Counted from the stretch's first letter, positions 1 through 18,469 are shown. The stretch is DNA of 64,000 nt from the human T2T-CHM13v2.0 reference genome, Homo sapiens (GCF_009914755.1 NC_060925.1); one strand, 5' to 3'. The notes: generated by a model from the letters alone, not told the origin. Translations and numbers: made by a program.

Positions 1-230
1 CATCTGTCCCCCTTACTCAAATCTAGTGGTTCTCAGAATTTTTGGACTCGGGGCCCCTTAAATAACTCTTGAAATTTGAGGACCCTAAAGAGATATTGTT
101 ATATGGATTATATCTATTGATATTTATTATATTAAAATTAAAGCTGAGACATTTTAAATATATGTATTATTTATTTAGAAATAACAATATAAGCCCATTA
201 TATGTTAACATAAATAACATATTTTTATGA

Positions 231-565
<335 letters not shown>

Positions 566-1907
566 TCAAACTCTAAAAAATTTTAATGAGAAAAGAAGCA
601 CTGTTTTATATTTTTACAAAAATCTTTTTCATGTTTGGCTTAAAACAACTGGATTCTCATATCTGCTTCTGGATTCAAATTGTTATAAAATGGAGTTTTG
701 AGTGAAGTATATTAGGAAAATCCACAGACACAGATAAGTCATTAGAAATGGGAGGAATATTTTGATAGTCTTTTGAGACGATTGAGGAAATTCTTCTTTG
801 ATATTGTGCACAAACTTGACAGGTGGTAATTTTTTAAAGGTTAGTCATAGTTTAGATTTTCAAACCACAATAATCAACTTTTCATACTCAGTTACATTAA
901 AATCTATTGATTTATCTTGTACTTTGAATGGATTTTTTTCACCCATGTATGATATTGTAACATCATGCATCACCCATTTGAAAATATTGGTTCACAGAAG
1001 TATGCAGATATTCTAAATGTTGACATATTTAATTAAACAAGACTGTTAAAAAGTCATAGCCATTAGTATCATCACCGATCTCATCAGAAATCTTTAAGTA
1101 TTGAGAAGCTGCCATGCTCGTGGGGACAGATACAAGTTTTCCAAGACTCTAAGTTTTTCAGCGGGGTGTGAATTTTATCATTGTCAACAAATGGTTCACA
1201 AAGAACTCCTGTCAAACAGACTTGCTTTGTTCATTTGTTAGTGTCTGCCAAATACCTAAATCTGAATAATCAAAGTTGGCCTGTCAGCCATTCTTTCAAC
1301 TGGTGTTCCTTAGGTAAAGAGGCGAGGCCGCCTCTCACGTCAAACAATCTCACGAGTGCTTTTCCTCGAAACAGCTCTCATACTTTGGTATGCGGCATAA
1401 GTGCTCTATGCGTACTTCCTATTCAACAGAGAATATTAAAAAGACCTGTACTCTAGGGATGAAATTTCATAAAATTCATATTTTTCACTTCTTCATCAAG
1501 GATATTCTTCAGCGAAACTGCTTTTTATCCCCTGCAACTGCTTGGTGGTGAAGAATATAATGACCACTAGGAGAGTTTGGCACCACTGCCTTGATTTGTG
1601 CTAAGACAACAGCAGTTTTATAAACCATTGCTTTTGCACCATCAGCACAGTTGTTAACATAGTTGTTGCAGGATAAACCAGGCAATTCAAAAAAATTATT
1701 CAACCTTTTGAACATTTCAGCACCACTGTGTTCATTGCATCCACATCCACATATACATCATCAATCTTTGATGATAGGTTGGTGCTGAACCTGAACGAAC
1801 GCAAGCAAAAGTTGCAAATCAAGGCACACGCATAGATTTCCTCATTTTAAGGCAAAAGTTCAATTTTACAGAGGAGATATTCACTTAGTCTTTATGTTTG
1901 CAGCTAA

Positions 1908-2066
<159 letters not shown>

Positions 2067-2243
2067 TGATCTTCCTGCCTCAGCCTCTGGAGTAGCCAGG
2101 AGCACAAGTGCATGCCACCACGTCTAGCTAATTGTTTAAATTCCTTGTAGATACTGGGTCTTACGATGTTGCCCAGGCTAGTCTCAAAATCCTGGGCTCA
2201 AGCAATTCTCCACCTCAGTCTTCCAAAGTGCTGGGATTACAGG

Positions 2244-2992
<749 letters not shown>

Positions 2993-3383
2993 CAGGCACG
3001 AGCCACCACTCTTGGCCTATAATTTCTTTTAATGACTTTTCATCCAGCAGGCATTTAGCAATGTCAACTATACAAGTTGTTATTAATCTCTCTACTACTG
3101 TATGTACTTTTCTGGGCAATGTAATATGATGACTTACCTTGTAAGATGCTTCAGTAGCTTTTCCACTTCTAGTTTGAAAATCTGTAACAAACAATTATTG
3201 GATTATAAACAGTTTATTATATCTATGTTCAAAATATCCCATTCATTTTTCTTTATATTCTGTATGACCAGCCCTAATGTGGTATATCCCTAATGTGGTA
3301 TTTTGTTATGGTAGCACAAAATGGTCTAAGACAAAGATCAATGTACAATAATAAAAGAAATAGTCCACCAAAATGATGTAACA

Positions 3384-3680
<297 letters not shown>

Positions 3681-3728
3681 GATGTAACAATTATGAACTG
3701 GTATGTACTTTGTGCTTATTTAGGAAAT

Positions 3729-4096
3729 TGTCTTAGTTCACTCGTGCTGTTATAACAAACTACTCTAGACTGGGTAATTTATAAAAAACAAATTTATTTC
3801 TCACAGTTCTGGAGGCTGGGAGGTCCAAGATCAAGGCACCAGTAGGTGTCTAGTGAGGGCAGTTCCTCATGAATGGTTCCTTCTATGTGTCCTCACATGG
3901 CCGAAGAGATGGAAAGACAAAGGCACTACAGCGCTCCCTCCAAACCTCTTTTGTAAGAGCACTAATCTAATCATGAGGGCTGAGCGCTCCTGATGTAATC
4001 ACTTCCCAACAGGCTGCATCTTTTAACAGTATCACCTTGGGGTTTAAGTTCTAACATATGAATTTTGGCGGGACACACACACTCAAACCATAGCAT
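3729..4096 (-). mobile_element. MaLR LTR (MSTD/MLT1A-like)
   Basis: tgtcttagttc...ctcacagttctggaggctgggaggtccaagatcaagg...aaaccatagca. Confidence 0.8.
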
Positions 4097-4184
4097 AAAT
4101 CTCACACTATCTCTGTATTCTAAATATATTTTTCTAAACTTTGTCTAATAATTCTAAAGTTTTGTTTTCATAACTGAAGCTTTA

Positions 4185-5065
<881 letters not shown>

Positions 5066-5204
5066 TAATGAATCAAGCTTTGTGTCCCTCTTGTGTAACT
5101 GACAATGGCATAGGTCAGAGTAGATTTTTGTTTAATATCTATTGTATTTGCTGAATAGTTTTGTATTATCTATTTTGTCTTCGTTTTTTATTTTAAAAGT
5201 AAAT

Positions 5205-6750
5205 TTGAGACCATTCTCCACTAAAAGGAGCTAGGGCTCCTGAGAGAATGGCTGATTCCAGGACTGTGCAGAGAAGATTGAGTTTCAGCCTGGATCACCT
5301 TCTTATCTCAGGGAGAAAGGGAATGCTCAAAAACAACAGCACGTGTCAAAAGAGCCTGAGGGCCAGCCTAATCTGGGAGAATATGTATATCAAATAAGTA
5401 ATGATATTAACAGATTATAATTCCAATGACTGAAATAATCATTCAAGTTCATGCTAATATAAAGAAATACATTAACAAGTAAATAGGAGAAAAAGAGAAC
5501 AGCTTTCCTAGAAGGGAATGCCAACTAAGAAATGCAGAATGAATGATAGAGTAGACATTCACTAACTGGCAAGTATCATAGTAATAATTTAAGCAAGAAT
5601 TATCAATGGATGCGAAAGTTATGGGTGAGAATTTGATAAGGAACAGGATATTTGCATGATCTCAAAGTATTTCCTCACAAAATACTTACTAATTATAAAG
5701 AAGAAAATTGTAGCTTTACAGTGGAGAAATCTGGGAGACACCAGCTTGTCCCAGTGATCCAGGTTAGTATCACCAGCAATGGAACAGACTAACATATGTG
5801 ACTTTTTTTTTTTTTTTTTTTTTTGAGACAGGGGTGGTTCAATCACAGCTTACTGCAGCCTCCACCTCCTGGGATCAGATGATTCTTCCACCGTAGCCTT
5901 CTGAGTAGCTGGGACTACAGGTGCGTGCCACCACACCTGGCTAACTTTTGTATTTTTTTGTAGAGACAGGGTTTCACCGTGTTGCCCAGGCTAGTCTCAA
6001 ACTCCTGAACTCAAGCCATTCACCCACCTTAGTCTCCCAAATTTCTGGGATTACAGGCGTGAGCCACTGCACCCAGCCCATACGTGACTCTTGATATGGT
6101 GCAATGCAAAACACACAGCATCACTTTCCTGGTAATCCTGCCAAAGACACAAAATCTGAACTTAATCACAAAGGAACATCAAATATACCTGAATTGAAAG
6201 ACATCCTACAAAATAATTGGCCTCTACTTTTCAAAAATGTCAAGGTCATGGAGGACTAAGAAAGACTGAAGAACCATTACGGATTGAAGAAGACTAAAGA
6301 GATTACATGCTGATTAAGAGCAATAATTTTAAATAATATTTTAAATAATTTTAAAATATCTAATCCAGGATTACATGTTGCATTTAATCAACATGTAATA
6401 TTTAAAAATTATTTTTCTATTACTGTGTAGATATTATTAAGGTAACTAGCAAATGTTGAATGAGGTCTATGGATTAGATAATAATATTGCCTTGCTATTA
6501 ATCTCCTGATTTTGACATCTGTTTGGTGGTTATGTAAGAGAAGGTCTTTGTTCTTAGGAATTACATACTGAAATATTGAGGAGTAAAAGAGCATATGCCT
6601 GCAACTTACTCTCATACATATAAAAGCAAATGTGGCAAATGTTAAACTTTGGGGAATTCGAACAAAGAGTATCCAGTAGTTCTTGGTATAACTTTTAAAA
6701 CTTTTTTCTAAGTTTGAAATTATTTCAAAATAAAAAATTATTTAAAAAAA
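5205..6750 (+). mobile_element. L1MC-type 3' end, interrupted by AluJ (-, 5802-6078)
   Basis: ccattctccactaaaaggagctagggctcc...; typical L1MC 3' UTR blocks ending tttcaaaataaaaaa. Confidence 0.75.
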
Positions 6751-6839
6751 TAGTGCATTTTCTTTCCTACCATAATATCTATATTTTAAATGTGAGCCTT
6801 AGCTTTTTTTTTTTTTTAAATCACTCTTTGGGACCTCAA

Positions 6840-7000
6840 TAGTGTTTATTCAATGTATATTTTTGGCATCTAAGTGCTAGAGTCTAGGGATGTAGAGGTG
6901 AACTAGAAAAAATTTAGCCTTGTCCACATGAAGTTTATAATCTAGTGGGGAAATCAACTATTGCACAAATAATTATGTAAGTGTAGTGATTATGTGATTC
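6840..7000 (-). mobile_element. L2 3' fragment
   Basis: tttattcaa...gtgctag...atgaagtttataatctagtgggga resembles the L2 terminus. Confidence 0.6.
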
Positions 7001-8318
7001 ATTTCTGCAGCAACATATACACTTCACAAAGTCTTGCATATGGGCAAACATTATTATATTCCTTCCTTATGAAAATATGAACTCGATCTCACCTTTTTTT
7101 TTTTCTGAAGGTCCTCTCTGTCTCACAATGACACTACAACCCCAGGAAGCCATTAAGAGTCCACCCAACTGATTCCTTCTTTCACTGTGTGTTTCTGTTG
7201 GAGGGATGAGCATTAAAGAGGGAAACGGTGGTGGTTGTTCTTTTGAAAGCTAAAAAACTTTCCATCTTGAAAAGCGTTAAAGTCTGCTGCAGAAGCAGGG
7301 CACTTTTTCAAACCTCCTGTTCATTACAGAGATACACATCTAAGGAACTTTGGGCCATGTTGTGGGGTGACTTTTGAAATTCAAACAAAAGAGAGTTTGT
7401 TACAGAGCTCGAAAAGGCAGTTCTGAAAGCTTCATTAATTCTAATAATAACTTCCAATTAATTCATTCGTCACATCCTGATTTTCTGAAATCATTCATTT
7501 TCTAAGAGGCTACCTTTAAGTGAAATTAAGAATGCTATGATTTTAATTGATCCAACCTAAGCTAACCATTTAGCCATTTATTAAAATGTAAAACAGAAGC
7601 CTGGGCCCAGGTCTGAGATGAGCAATTTGCAATAACACCCTTCATACATGCAGCCTTTGGAATGAGGAATCCTGACACTCCCGGGGGATATTAAGGATCT
7701 AGGGATAAATAGAATTACACCAGGTGCTTCTCCTGGCTTGGGGCCCAAGGCATGATAACAGAGGGGATATCAGTGAGGCCATAATGGGAACACATCCAAC
7801 ATTCTCCAGTTCAACCCGCCCAGTGAAAATATAGCTCTCTAGTAGGAGTGAGGGGGTGGAGACATGGGGATGGAGATGAGAATGAGGATGTGTGGCGTGG
7901 GGTTTGGAAGTGTGGGTTGTTCAGGAAGCTTCCCTCCTGCCACTGTAGACCTTGTTAACTGCTGTGGGTCATTAGCAGTCCCTCACTCTGTGTCTGGGGT
8001 ATGTCTGCTTCCTAGGGTGCTGCCTCTCTGCTCAGACCTGGCCCCCTAGGGCCTGCCTTGCCATGGCTATGGTACCTCAGAACTATTCTGGAATTAGCTG
8101 ATGTTTTCACTGCACCTCCTTGCCGCCCAACCTCTGGCACTTGGCCCCGTCAACTATCATGCAAAGTTTTTAGCTCTTAAACGCAGGTGTCTCTCCATTT
8201 TTGGAAAACGAATCACAGAAATACCTCAATCCACAAACTAATAAATCCAGAGAGGAGGCTCTGTTCTATAAATGGATTTCCCAGAAAGCCTTTCTGAAAA
8301 CTGAGCTTTCCTGATTAG

Positions 8319-8993
8319 CAGAGGCAGATTTACCATGAAGCCAACAAAGCTTACATGACATCACTCATTTTCAGAGGCCCCTCCAATGCCACGGGAGGTT
8401 CCGTAATAATGCGTTTCTATGGTCCTATTTTAACAAATTTTCAAAGGCATAGTATCTTAACTGTAACTGCTTATAGCTACTGTCTGCTTCCCCTACATGC
8501 CCCTTTCCCTGTGTCCATGGTTTTTGGTGTCTGGGAGCAATTTCAGGATCCAGGTAAAGGAAGCATGAGTTGGGTCTAATCACATTTAGTCTGGGTTTAG
8601 TGGGACATTTTTATGTGCCTCCAATTCAGTTTGATCTATAGTTATTGCTAGACATCCTAGTGTGGGAAAAGCCTCTCAGGAATGTCCCTACCAACCATAT
8701 ATGGACTCCCTTCAGACTCACGACAGGAAGAGACTACACTCGTAAGTATGTAAGTAATGGAGGACAAACATGCACGAAGAAAAACTGTCCTGGCTGGGCC
8801 AAGGCCCTTGTGAAAGGAAGACTCCTTCCAGCCAGGTCGCACTTTCCCCACCAAGGAAAGCCCTTGTCTCCTAGGTGTGGAATTCTAGAAGCTTCTTTCC
8901 TTTCAAGGAGGCAGGAAGCTCCTTTGCCTCCTCTTCACTGGAGTTACAATCGGCCCTTGGCAGATTCTCTGTGCTGGGCTAGTAGAGACCACA
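8319..8993. mobile_element. hAT-Tip100 non-autonomous element (MER115/Zaphod-like)
   Basis: Terminus cagaggcagatttaccatgaagc; internal acatttagtctgggtttagtgggac. Confidence 0.6.
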
Positions 8994-9159
8994 GCTCCTC
9001 TTCTTGAGGCTGTAGGACCCATTTCTAAAAAACTAAATTTTTGTGAATAAAATATTTAAATATCTTGAGAGATCTCAATACTTAAAAGGATCTCAGGGAG
9101 ACTCTTTCCACAAAAAGAATACGTGCTTCCAAATTACTCTGCTATGAGTTCTAGGGTTA

Positions 9160-9400
9160 CAAATAATAGCTAAAATATTTTGGACTCTTGCTTTGTGCCA
9201 GGTACTGTGTTAAGTGTATTTAGTGCACATTATTTAATCTGCTTATTAAAGCAAAGGGAAAATCATTAAAATTATCCCAAATTTTAGAGATGAGTTAGTT
9301 GGGGCTTATTGAGGTTATGTAACCTACTAAGTAAGGGCCTCCCAGTTCTGAAGAGGTAGAAGCAATCTTCAAAAGTTAGGTTCTTTTGAGTTTTAGGGAC
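9160..9400 (-). mobile_element. MIR
   Basis: tgtgccaggtactgtgttaagtg...attttagagatgag...gaggttatgtaac. Confidence 0.6.
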
Positions 9401-9684
9401 TGCTTTTTCTTTAATTTAATATTGTCTTATAATTATGTAAAATGTGAACATGGTTCTCAAGTCAAATCTATAAAAATATGCCTCTATTCTTTTCCCCTCA
9501 TGCTAGTTCATTCTGCCCCATAAGTAATCTCTTTTTAAAATGATTTATCCTTCTAATTTTGAAAAAATATTCAAGCAAATACCTTTTTTAGAGAAATGAT
9601 AGCACACTTTTCTTCATTTTGTTAAATCTGAAGAACATAAAACCAAATGACGCATTTGAACCTAAATTGTGTAGTTTAAGCCTA

Positions 9685-10133
<449 letters not shown>

Positions 10134-10139
10134 AGAAGA

Positions 10140-12046
<1,907 letters not shown>

Positions 12047-12427
12047 TCATCACCCACCTATTAACCCACAAATATAGGGTGATTAATTTTCTCTCAGTTT
12101 TGAAAAGCAAAATTTTATCAGTATTATTAATATATCCAAATCATTCCTCACAAATTGTAACAACTTTCCTCCTCTTTCCTGTTCATTGAACATGATTTAC
12201 CCTCACTCCAGTTAAAATAACACATCATTCCCCTCCTAACCCAGCCAAGAGAATTGAGAGATTCCCAAACACATTCTCAACTCCTTAATGCTAGAAAGGT
12301 GCTGCTAAACTGAGGGAAGCTGGAGATAATGGATACCAGAAGCTTTTCTCTATTCCTGTTAATGTGTTCCCCTTAGAGAAACTTAACAATAATTTTTTAA
12401 CTGAGTGAAAATGGTCCCGTAAGTGAT

Positions 12428-12812
12428 TCTGGTGGACATGGAGATGCGCCCCCCACTTGTTGCCCCAGTTGGTGGGCATGCTGTCAGTAGACAGCTTCAG
12501 AGATTGCCTCAGTTGTGGAGAGATGCCTTCTCCAAGGTTATGCCCTGCCAGGGGCAGCTCACATCATGCAGTGTGGCATGTGGTGACTTGGCCATAGTGA
12601 CTCAATGCAAGACAACTCTTGACAGGCTGCTCAGCTCCAGGGTGGTGGTTGGGGGTGTCAGTTAAGGCTGCAACACAAGTGGACGTCTCCTCTGTCCACT
12701 CCTGTTTCTTTCCATTCCCTTCCACAGCTATTGCCCCCATGGGTGTTCTTGATGCACATCTGCACACTGCACTCTGTCTCGGAGTCACTCTCTGAAGAAC
12801 CCACATGGCAAC
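12428..12812 (+). mobile_element. LTR16C-like (ERVL) solo LTR
   Basis: ggtggacatggagatgcgcc...ccaaggttatgccctgccaggggcagctcacatc...cccttccacag...ctctgtctcggagtc; same family as the LTR at 62088-62479. Confidence 0.75.
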
Positions 12813-13738
12813 CGCAACCACGCACTGAAATGCCTCGCATTACTGGCAACCGAGCAACTTCATGAAGGCCTTAGTTATTCATGTCTTTGCTTAGTAGCTC
12901 AAAACACTGAGGTTGTCTTGAAAAAAATCCAAGTCGCCTATTCTTAAAAGAAATTGACCGCTTATTGTTTTGTGGTCTGTGGACACTAGCAAAGTAGTTT
13001 GTCCTGAACACTTAGGATCAGTTGGACTCATGTCACAGCATCTTAGACCTGACCAGTGATCCCAGAGTGGGGTAGGCCTTTCTTGGTGCTCTTTGATGGA
13101 TATTGATGTTGGCAAGTGCTTCACTCACCAGCTCATGCATGTGGATCCCAAGATTCTAGGGATATAGCAATCCCTTTATGGATGCAAGTTCATCCTTAAG
13201 AGAAACTCTAGGCCTCACACATATGTTTACAAATTATTCGACATTGCCAGAAGTTTCACATTGAGTGAACTTGAAGTGCAAATCATTCCAATCTTGTTGC
13301 AGCTGTCATGTTTTCCCTGTAACTGGGATTGTGAGACACAATGAGTATCTGGGTTGTCAGCAATCAGGGAGAGGAAATGCCATGGCTGGTTTATTTAGTG
13401 TAGTGTATTTGCTGGTTTAATTTTAGTTGAGATGAATATGCATAAGGGCTTTCGTAGCTTCATTCATTATTTTGGTCCCTTTTCACACAAGATCTTCTGT
13501 TCTTCAACCGTGAATTCTATTAATAAAGAGTTTCTAAGAGATGTAACCATCATGGTCAGAGGGAATAATGTACAAATCTTGACCATTTTCATTTGCAGAT
13601 GATTTCATATTTGATCTTTATATCAGAGCCAATGGTTTGGGTTTTTTTTCTTTTTCCCAAATGGCACCTTCAGGATGGTAAGGGATATTTCTTTGCCTGA
13701 GTGTTCTAATTAACAGTAGTTATAAAAGTAAAGCAGAA

Positions 13739-14134
13739 TTTAAAAGAATGAAATTCTGAAATATGTTATAACATGGATGAACTTTGAAAACATGCTGAGT
13801 GGAAGAAGCCAGATACAAAAAGGACAAATATTTTATTATTCCCCTTACATGAGATACCTATAGTGGTCAAATTTATAGAGACGGAAAGTAGAATTGTGCT
13901 TACCAGGGGTTGGGGTGAAGAGAGAATGGGGAAATTCTCGGCCATTATTGTTTTACAAACCCATTATTGTTTAATGGGTACAGAATTTCAGTTTGGGAAG
14001 ATAAAAATGTTCTGGAGATGGATGGTGGTGATGGTTGTACAACAATCTGAATATACCTAATACCACAGAACTGTACACTTAAAATAGTTAAATGATAAAT
14101 TTTATGTCATATATATTTTACCACAATTTTTTTA
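13739..14134 (+). mobile_element. 5'-truncated L1MB 3' end with retained TSD
   Basis: acatggatgaactttgaaaacatgctgagtggaagaagccagatac...; 15-bp TSD aaaagtaaagcagaa at 13724-13738 and 14135-14149. Confidence 0.85.
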
Positions 14135-14164
14135 AAAAGTAAAGCAGAAGCTCAGAAGCGCAGT

Positions 14165-14670
14165 TAGTGTTGCAGCACCTGAGGGCTTTGGGAGTTCCAC
14201 AGACCTAGATCTGAGTCCCTGCTTTGCCACTCAGTAGTAGTGAGTGAACTTGGTGAAGTCAACTAGCCACCTGTGGCCTCGTCAATAAAATGGGGCTACC
14301 CCACATGGTTGTTGGAAGGATTAAATGAGATAGTGTAGGTGATGCCCTTGTCACAGAGCCTGGCACCTGGTGAGTGCTCAGTAAATGCTGGCTGGGATTA
14401 GGAAGCAGAATGCAAAGTGGTTAAACCACCTGGAATTGGACCACTTAATGATGAATCCTGGCAATTTACTTCTCACCATCAGAAGGACTGGGCAAATTAC
14501 TTGACCTCTCTGTGCCCCAACTGTCTCATTTGCAAAGTAGACAAAATGATAGGCCCACCTCAGAGCATTGTTATAAGGATTACAGCATTTCCATTAATGA
14601 ACACATGCATTAACATGTGAAGTGCTCAAAAACGTGCCTAGCAAGCATTATTTAAATATTCACTTTTATT
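14165..14670 (+). mobile_element. Two tandem MIR copies
   Basis: MIR core: ctgggcaaattacttgacctctctgtgcccc; aggattaaatgagatag. Confidence 0.75.
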
Positions 14671-14792
14671 GTTAGGAGCAATTCTGAGGTAATAGACAAA
14701 AATGATCAAATAGTCTTATCAGAATACACACACCAAGTATTTATCTAAGGTAATTATGATTTGCCTTGTATTGCCTCATTTTAATTGTTGTT

Positions 14793-15171
14793 TGATATGG
14801 TTTGGATTTTTGTCCCCACCCAAATCTCATGTCGATTTGTAATCTCCGAGTTGGAGGAGGGGCCTGGTGGGAGGTGATTGGATCATGGGGGCAGATTTCC
14901 CCTTTGATGTTCTTGTGATAGTGAGTTCTCATGACATCTGGTTGTTCAAAAGTGTGTAGCACCTGCCCCCTCGCTCTCTTCCTCCTGCTCCAGCTATGTA
15001 AAACATTCCTCCTTCCTCTTTGCCTTCTGCCATGATTACAAGTTTTCTGAGGCCTCCACAGCCATGCTTCCTGTACAGCCTGGGGAACCGTGCATCAGTT
15101 AAACCTCTTTTCTTTATAAATTACCCTGACTCAGGTAGTTCTTTATAGCAATGCAAGAACAGACTAATACA
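14793..15171 (+). mobile_element. MSTA/MSTB (MaLR) solo LTR
   Basis: tgatatggtttgg...gaacagactaataca; 5-bp TSD ttgtt on both sides. Confidence 0.92.
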
Positions 15172-16006
15172 TTGTTGCTACGGTCAGTTAGCACTTCTCA
15201 GATGCTTACTATGTCCCAGGCGCTCTGCAAAGCACTGCTGAAGCATTGCCTTTTTAAATCCTCTCAACAGTCCCCATTTAACAAGACACAGAGCAGATCA
15301 GCAGCTTGCCCAAGGATCAGCCAACTAGAACCACCATGTGTCTGACTCCAGATTACATCACTCCACTCTACCTCTTACAACAGTCTGCAGCTGTTGCCAA
15401 TGAAAACGCCTGTACAATAGAATGCAAAAAATAAATAAATAAAGCCTCTGGGATGGGGGCCAACAATTGAGACTGGAACCTGGGATAAAATTGTTATTGC
15501 ATCAAGCATTAATTTAGAACTAAGCCTCCCAGAGACCAAGGCAAAATGTCATATGGTGTCTGACTTTTAAAGAGAAGCCCTGCTCTTCCCTTCCCTCACC
15601 CCAAACCTGGCCCACTCCTACACATTTACTCATCGTTAAAATCTAGGAGCAATCTACATTTGCTAGGCACTTTTCAGTTTTTCAAAATATATACTTGTTC
15701 CTGACACCAAAGTCTCAGCTAAACTGATAGCGTGGATTCTCATAGGAGGAATACTGAGTGACCTGATCAACAATATCTTCATGAGAGTTGGTGCAGGGGT
15801 TGTGTGACCACAATCCCAGTGACTACTCTTGGTGTCAGCCCTCGATAAAGGCAGGCAGCAGAGTGTTCAGTCTGTGGGCCCTAGCAGGAGTAGGTAACAG
15901 TGGATCATAGGGCTCTTTGCCCGACAATGAACTACTGTGATCCATTCAACTGCAAGTAACCATTAACACCGTTGTGTGGAAAATCATGCATTGCTTTATA
16001 CTGTAC

Positions 16007-16309
16007 TCTTTTTTTTTTTTTTTTTTTTGAGATGGAGTCTCGCTCTAGTGCCCAGGCTGGAGTGCAGTGGCGCGATCTTGGCTCACTGCAAGCTCTGCCT
16101 CCTGGGTTTACACCATTCTCCTGCCTCAGCCTCCTGAGTAGCTGGGACTACAGGCTCCCGCCACCACATCCTGCTAATTTTTTGTATTTTTAGTAGAGAC
16201 GGGGTTTCACTGTGTTAGCCAGGATGGTCGCAATCTCCTGACCTTATGATCCGCCTGTCTCGGCCTCCCAAAGTGCTGGGATTACAGGCGTGAGCCACCG
16301 CGCCCGGCC
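16007..16309 (-). mobile_element. AluY
   Basis: AluY diagnostics; TSD tatactgtac. Confidence 0.95.
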
Positions 16310-16499
16310 TATACTGTACGCTTATATGGGACAAGGAATAGCAGGTCCAAATATTTAAGAAAAAATTACAGAAGAAATTAAAATTTAAAATGATACCCAT
16401 TGGCCTAATGTATTTTCCTGAAAACTGGGGGAAATACAGAAGCACTAGATTTTAGTAGGAGAACATCTTGGTACAGCTCACAGAAAAGTAGTGATCACA

Positions 16500-16960
16500 A
16501 AATAAGGTTACATGTGAGAGGACAAAGTTCCTTAATACCTCCATTATTTTTCATGCGGGGCGGTCCCTGAAGTGCGGAGGTCAAAGCAGTCCACGGGTAA
16601 GGAGGAACCGGCCAAGCTGGAGGAGGCAGAGCTGTGAGCTTGCTGCCCTTCCAATCCCTAGAGTAGGGCAGGGGCCACCAGCTCTCAAAAGTCAGCATTC
16701 TTCCATAGAAAGGATTCCTTTCTGTGCCATAGGCTAAACATTCTATTTCTTACTCTGCCACTGGGCCTAACAGCAGTGAGCTAATATGTTTTATGCATTT
16801 CTAAGACAGAGCAGCTTAATGCTGCCTTTCCCAAACTTTGATCAAGGAAAATCTGTATTGGCAGCACATCTATTAATATCTATAGAACAGGGCTCCTCAT
16901 GACACACTGATCTAATGTAATGAGCAGACAATGGTGAATAAACTTTGGCCCATGACCAAG
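16500..16960. promoter_or_regulatory. Candidate enhancer/promoter with HNF4-type DR1 motifs and a GC box
   Basis: AGGACAAAGTTCC (16519-16531), GGGCCAAAGTTTA on - (16939-16951), GGGCGG near 16558 and a small CpG cluster, all in unique DNA. Confidence 0.35.
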
Positions 16961-18469
16961 GGAAAGGAAACATAATCCTTGTGTTGTGCTTTTATCTTGC
17001 TTTCTAGTTTAAATGTTGGTTTCTCTTTAAATGAGGCCCTCTGATTTACAGGAGTCCTTTGTGCAAGAAAAGCGTATTTGCATTTCAAAGTCTTACATTT
17101 CCCAATACAGCCAACTTCTGAGAACACATTTTACTGTGATAAAGACCTTTCTGAGATTAGAAAGCTAAACAATAGTACAGTGCATTAAAAAAGTTCTTTA
17201 CTATGGAATTAGCCATGAAAGACCCATAAATACTTAGACTATCTTCTTTGTCTGTGAATCCATTGGACAACTACATAGTCAGCCTGCTAAGGAAATACGT
17301 GACCATCCATATGTGGGTGGGTTAATGGGTAGTAACTGTAGGGCATGTATCTTCCAGGAATATTAACTATTCTCCAGCTGGGTGACTTTGACAAATCACT
17401 TCCCCTACATGCATCTTAATTTGACATCTGAAAAATGAGGGTGTTGGATTACAGCATTTCCAAACTTCTCCAAAGATAAGAATCCCTGGGGTAGTGGTTA
17501 AATATTGAGATTACTAAACCCTCCATGGAAATTCTGATGAAATGGATCTGGGTTGGAGCCCAATAACCTGGTTTTTGTTTGTTTTTTAGTTGCTTGCTTC
17601 TATGCTTGCTTGCTTGTTTGCTTTTAAACAGGAGCTTTAGGTTCCTATCTTCAAGGAAGTTGGGGAAACCTTGACTAGATGACTGAGAGACTTTCCAACC
17701 CTGCCATTCTGTAATTCTATGATTCTGCGAGGTAGGCCATCCACCAGCCCCCTCACTAGGAGTTAAAATAAGATGTTGAGAAATTTTTCTTTTGTAGGTT
17801 CTCGCCGATGATGGAGGGACATCTGGTTAAGTCTGTATGAAATAGATATCTACTTCTCATAAGTCAACAACACCATAAGCCCTGTGGGAAGCCACAAACT
17901 ATAGTTGTTTTGTGTTTATTAGAACTGTGAGGGTTCTTCCCATAAACTCTTCTGACAGATTCTAAACTGGCGTCCCACACAGGGTCCTAGTGTCTGTTCT
18001 CTTCCCCAGACCTCACATTTACAACTTTTGACATCCAGATGGTTTCAGAACCTCATAACTCCACTAATGGCTCCCGAGGTAAGATGGTGACCTGTGGTCA
18101 AATCCCAAACTCCTACATGCACCAAACCTGCTCGCTTCCTCTTGCTTCTCTGGAAGCCAGTCGGTTCCTGAGACTGACCCAACCATTTGTGAGAATTGGT
18201 TGGGAAAATTAGGGCTGCTTTTCCAACCAATCCCTTGAGACAATCTGAAGGCAAAGGGCTAACGGTTCCTGCGAGTTTAACTTCTCTAAAAGAAAACCTA
18301 GACTAGGATGCTCCCAAACAGTCATTTCTATTTGAAGTTTAAACAATTTTAAGATGCACCTACACTTGTTCAAATCAATGATGCAAGTGGGAAGGAAAGC
18401 AGAAAATTTTAGAATCTCTTTGAACATCTTTGAAAACAGTAGTCATCAGTGTGAGAGAAAAGTTGACAC

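Noticed and set aside
12291-12849. Cys-rich ORFs on both strands that look like exons
   Set aside because: They overlap an LTR16C-like LTR that matches the LTR at 62.1-62.5 kb.
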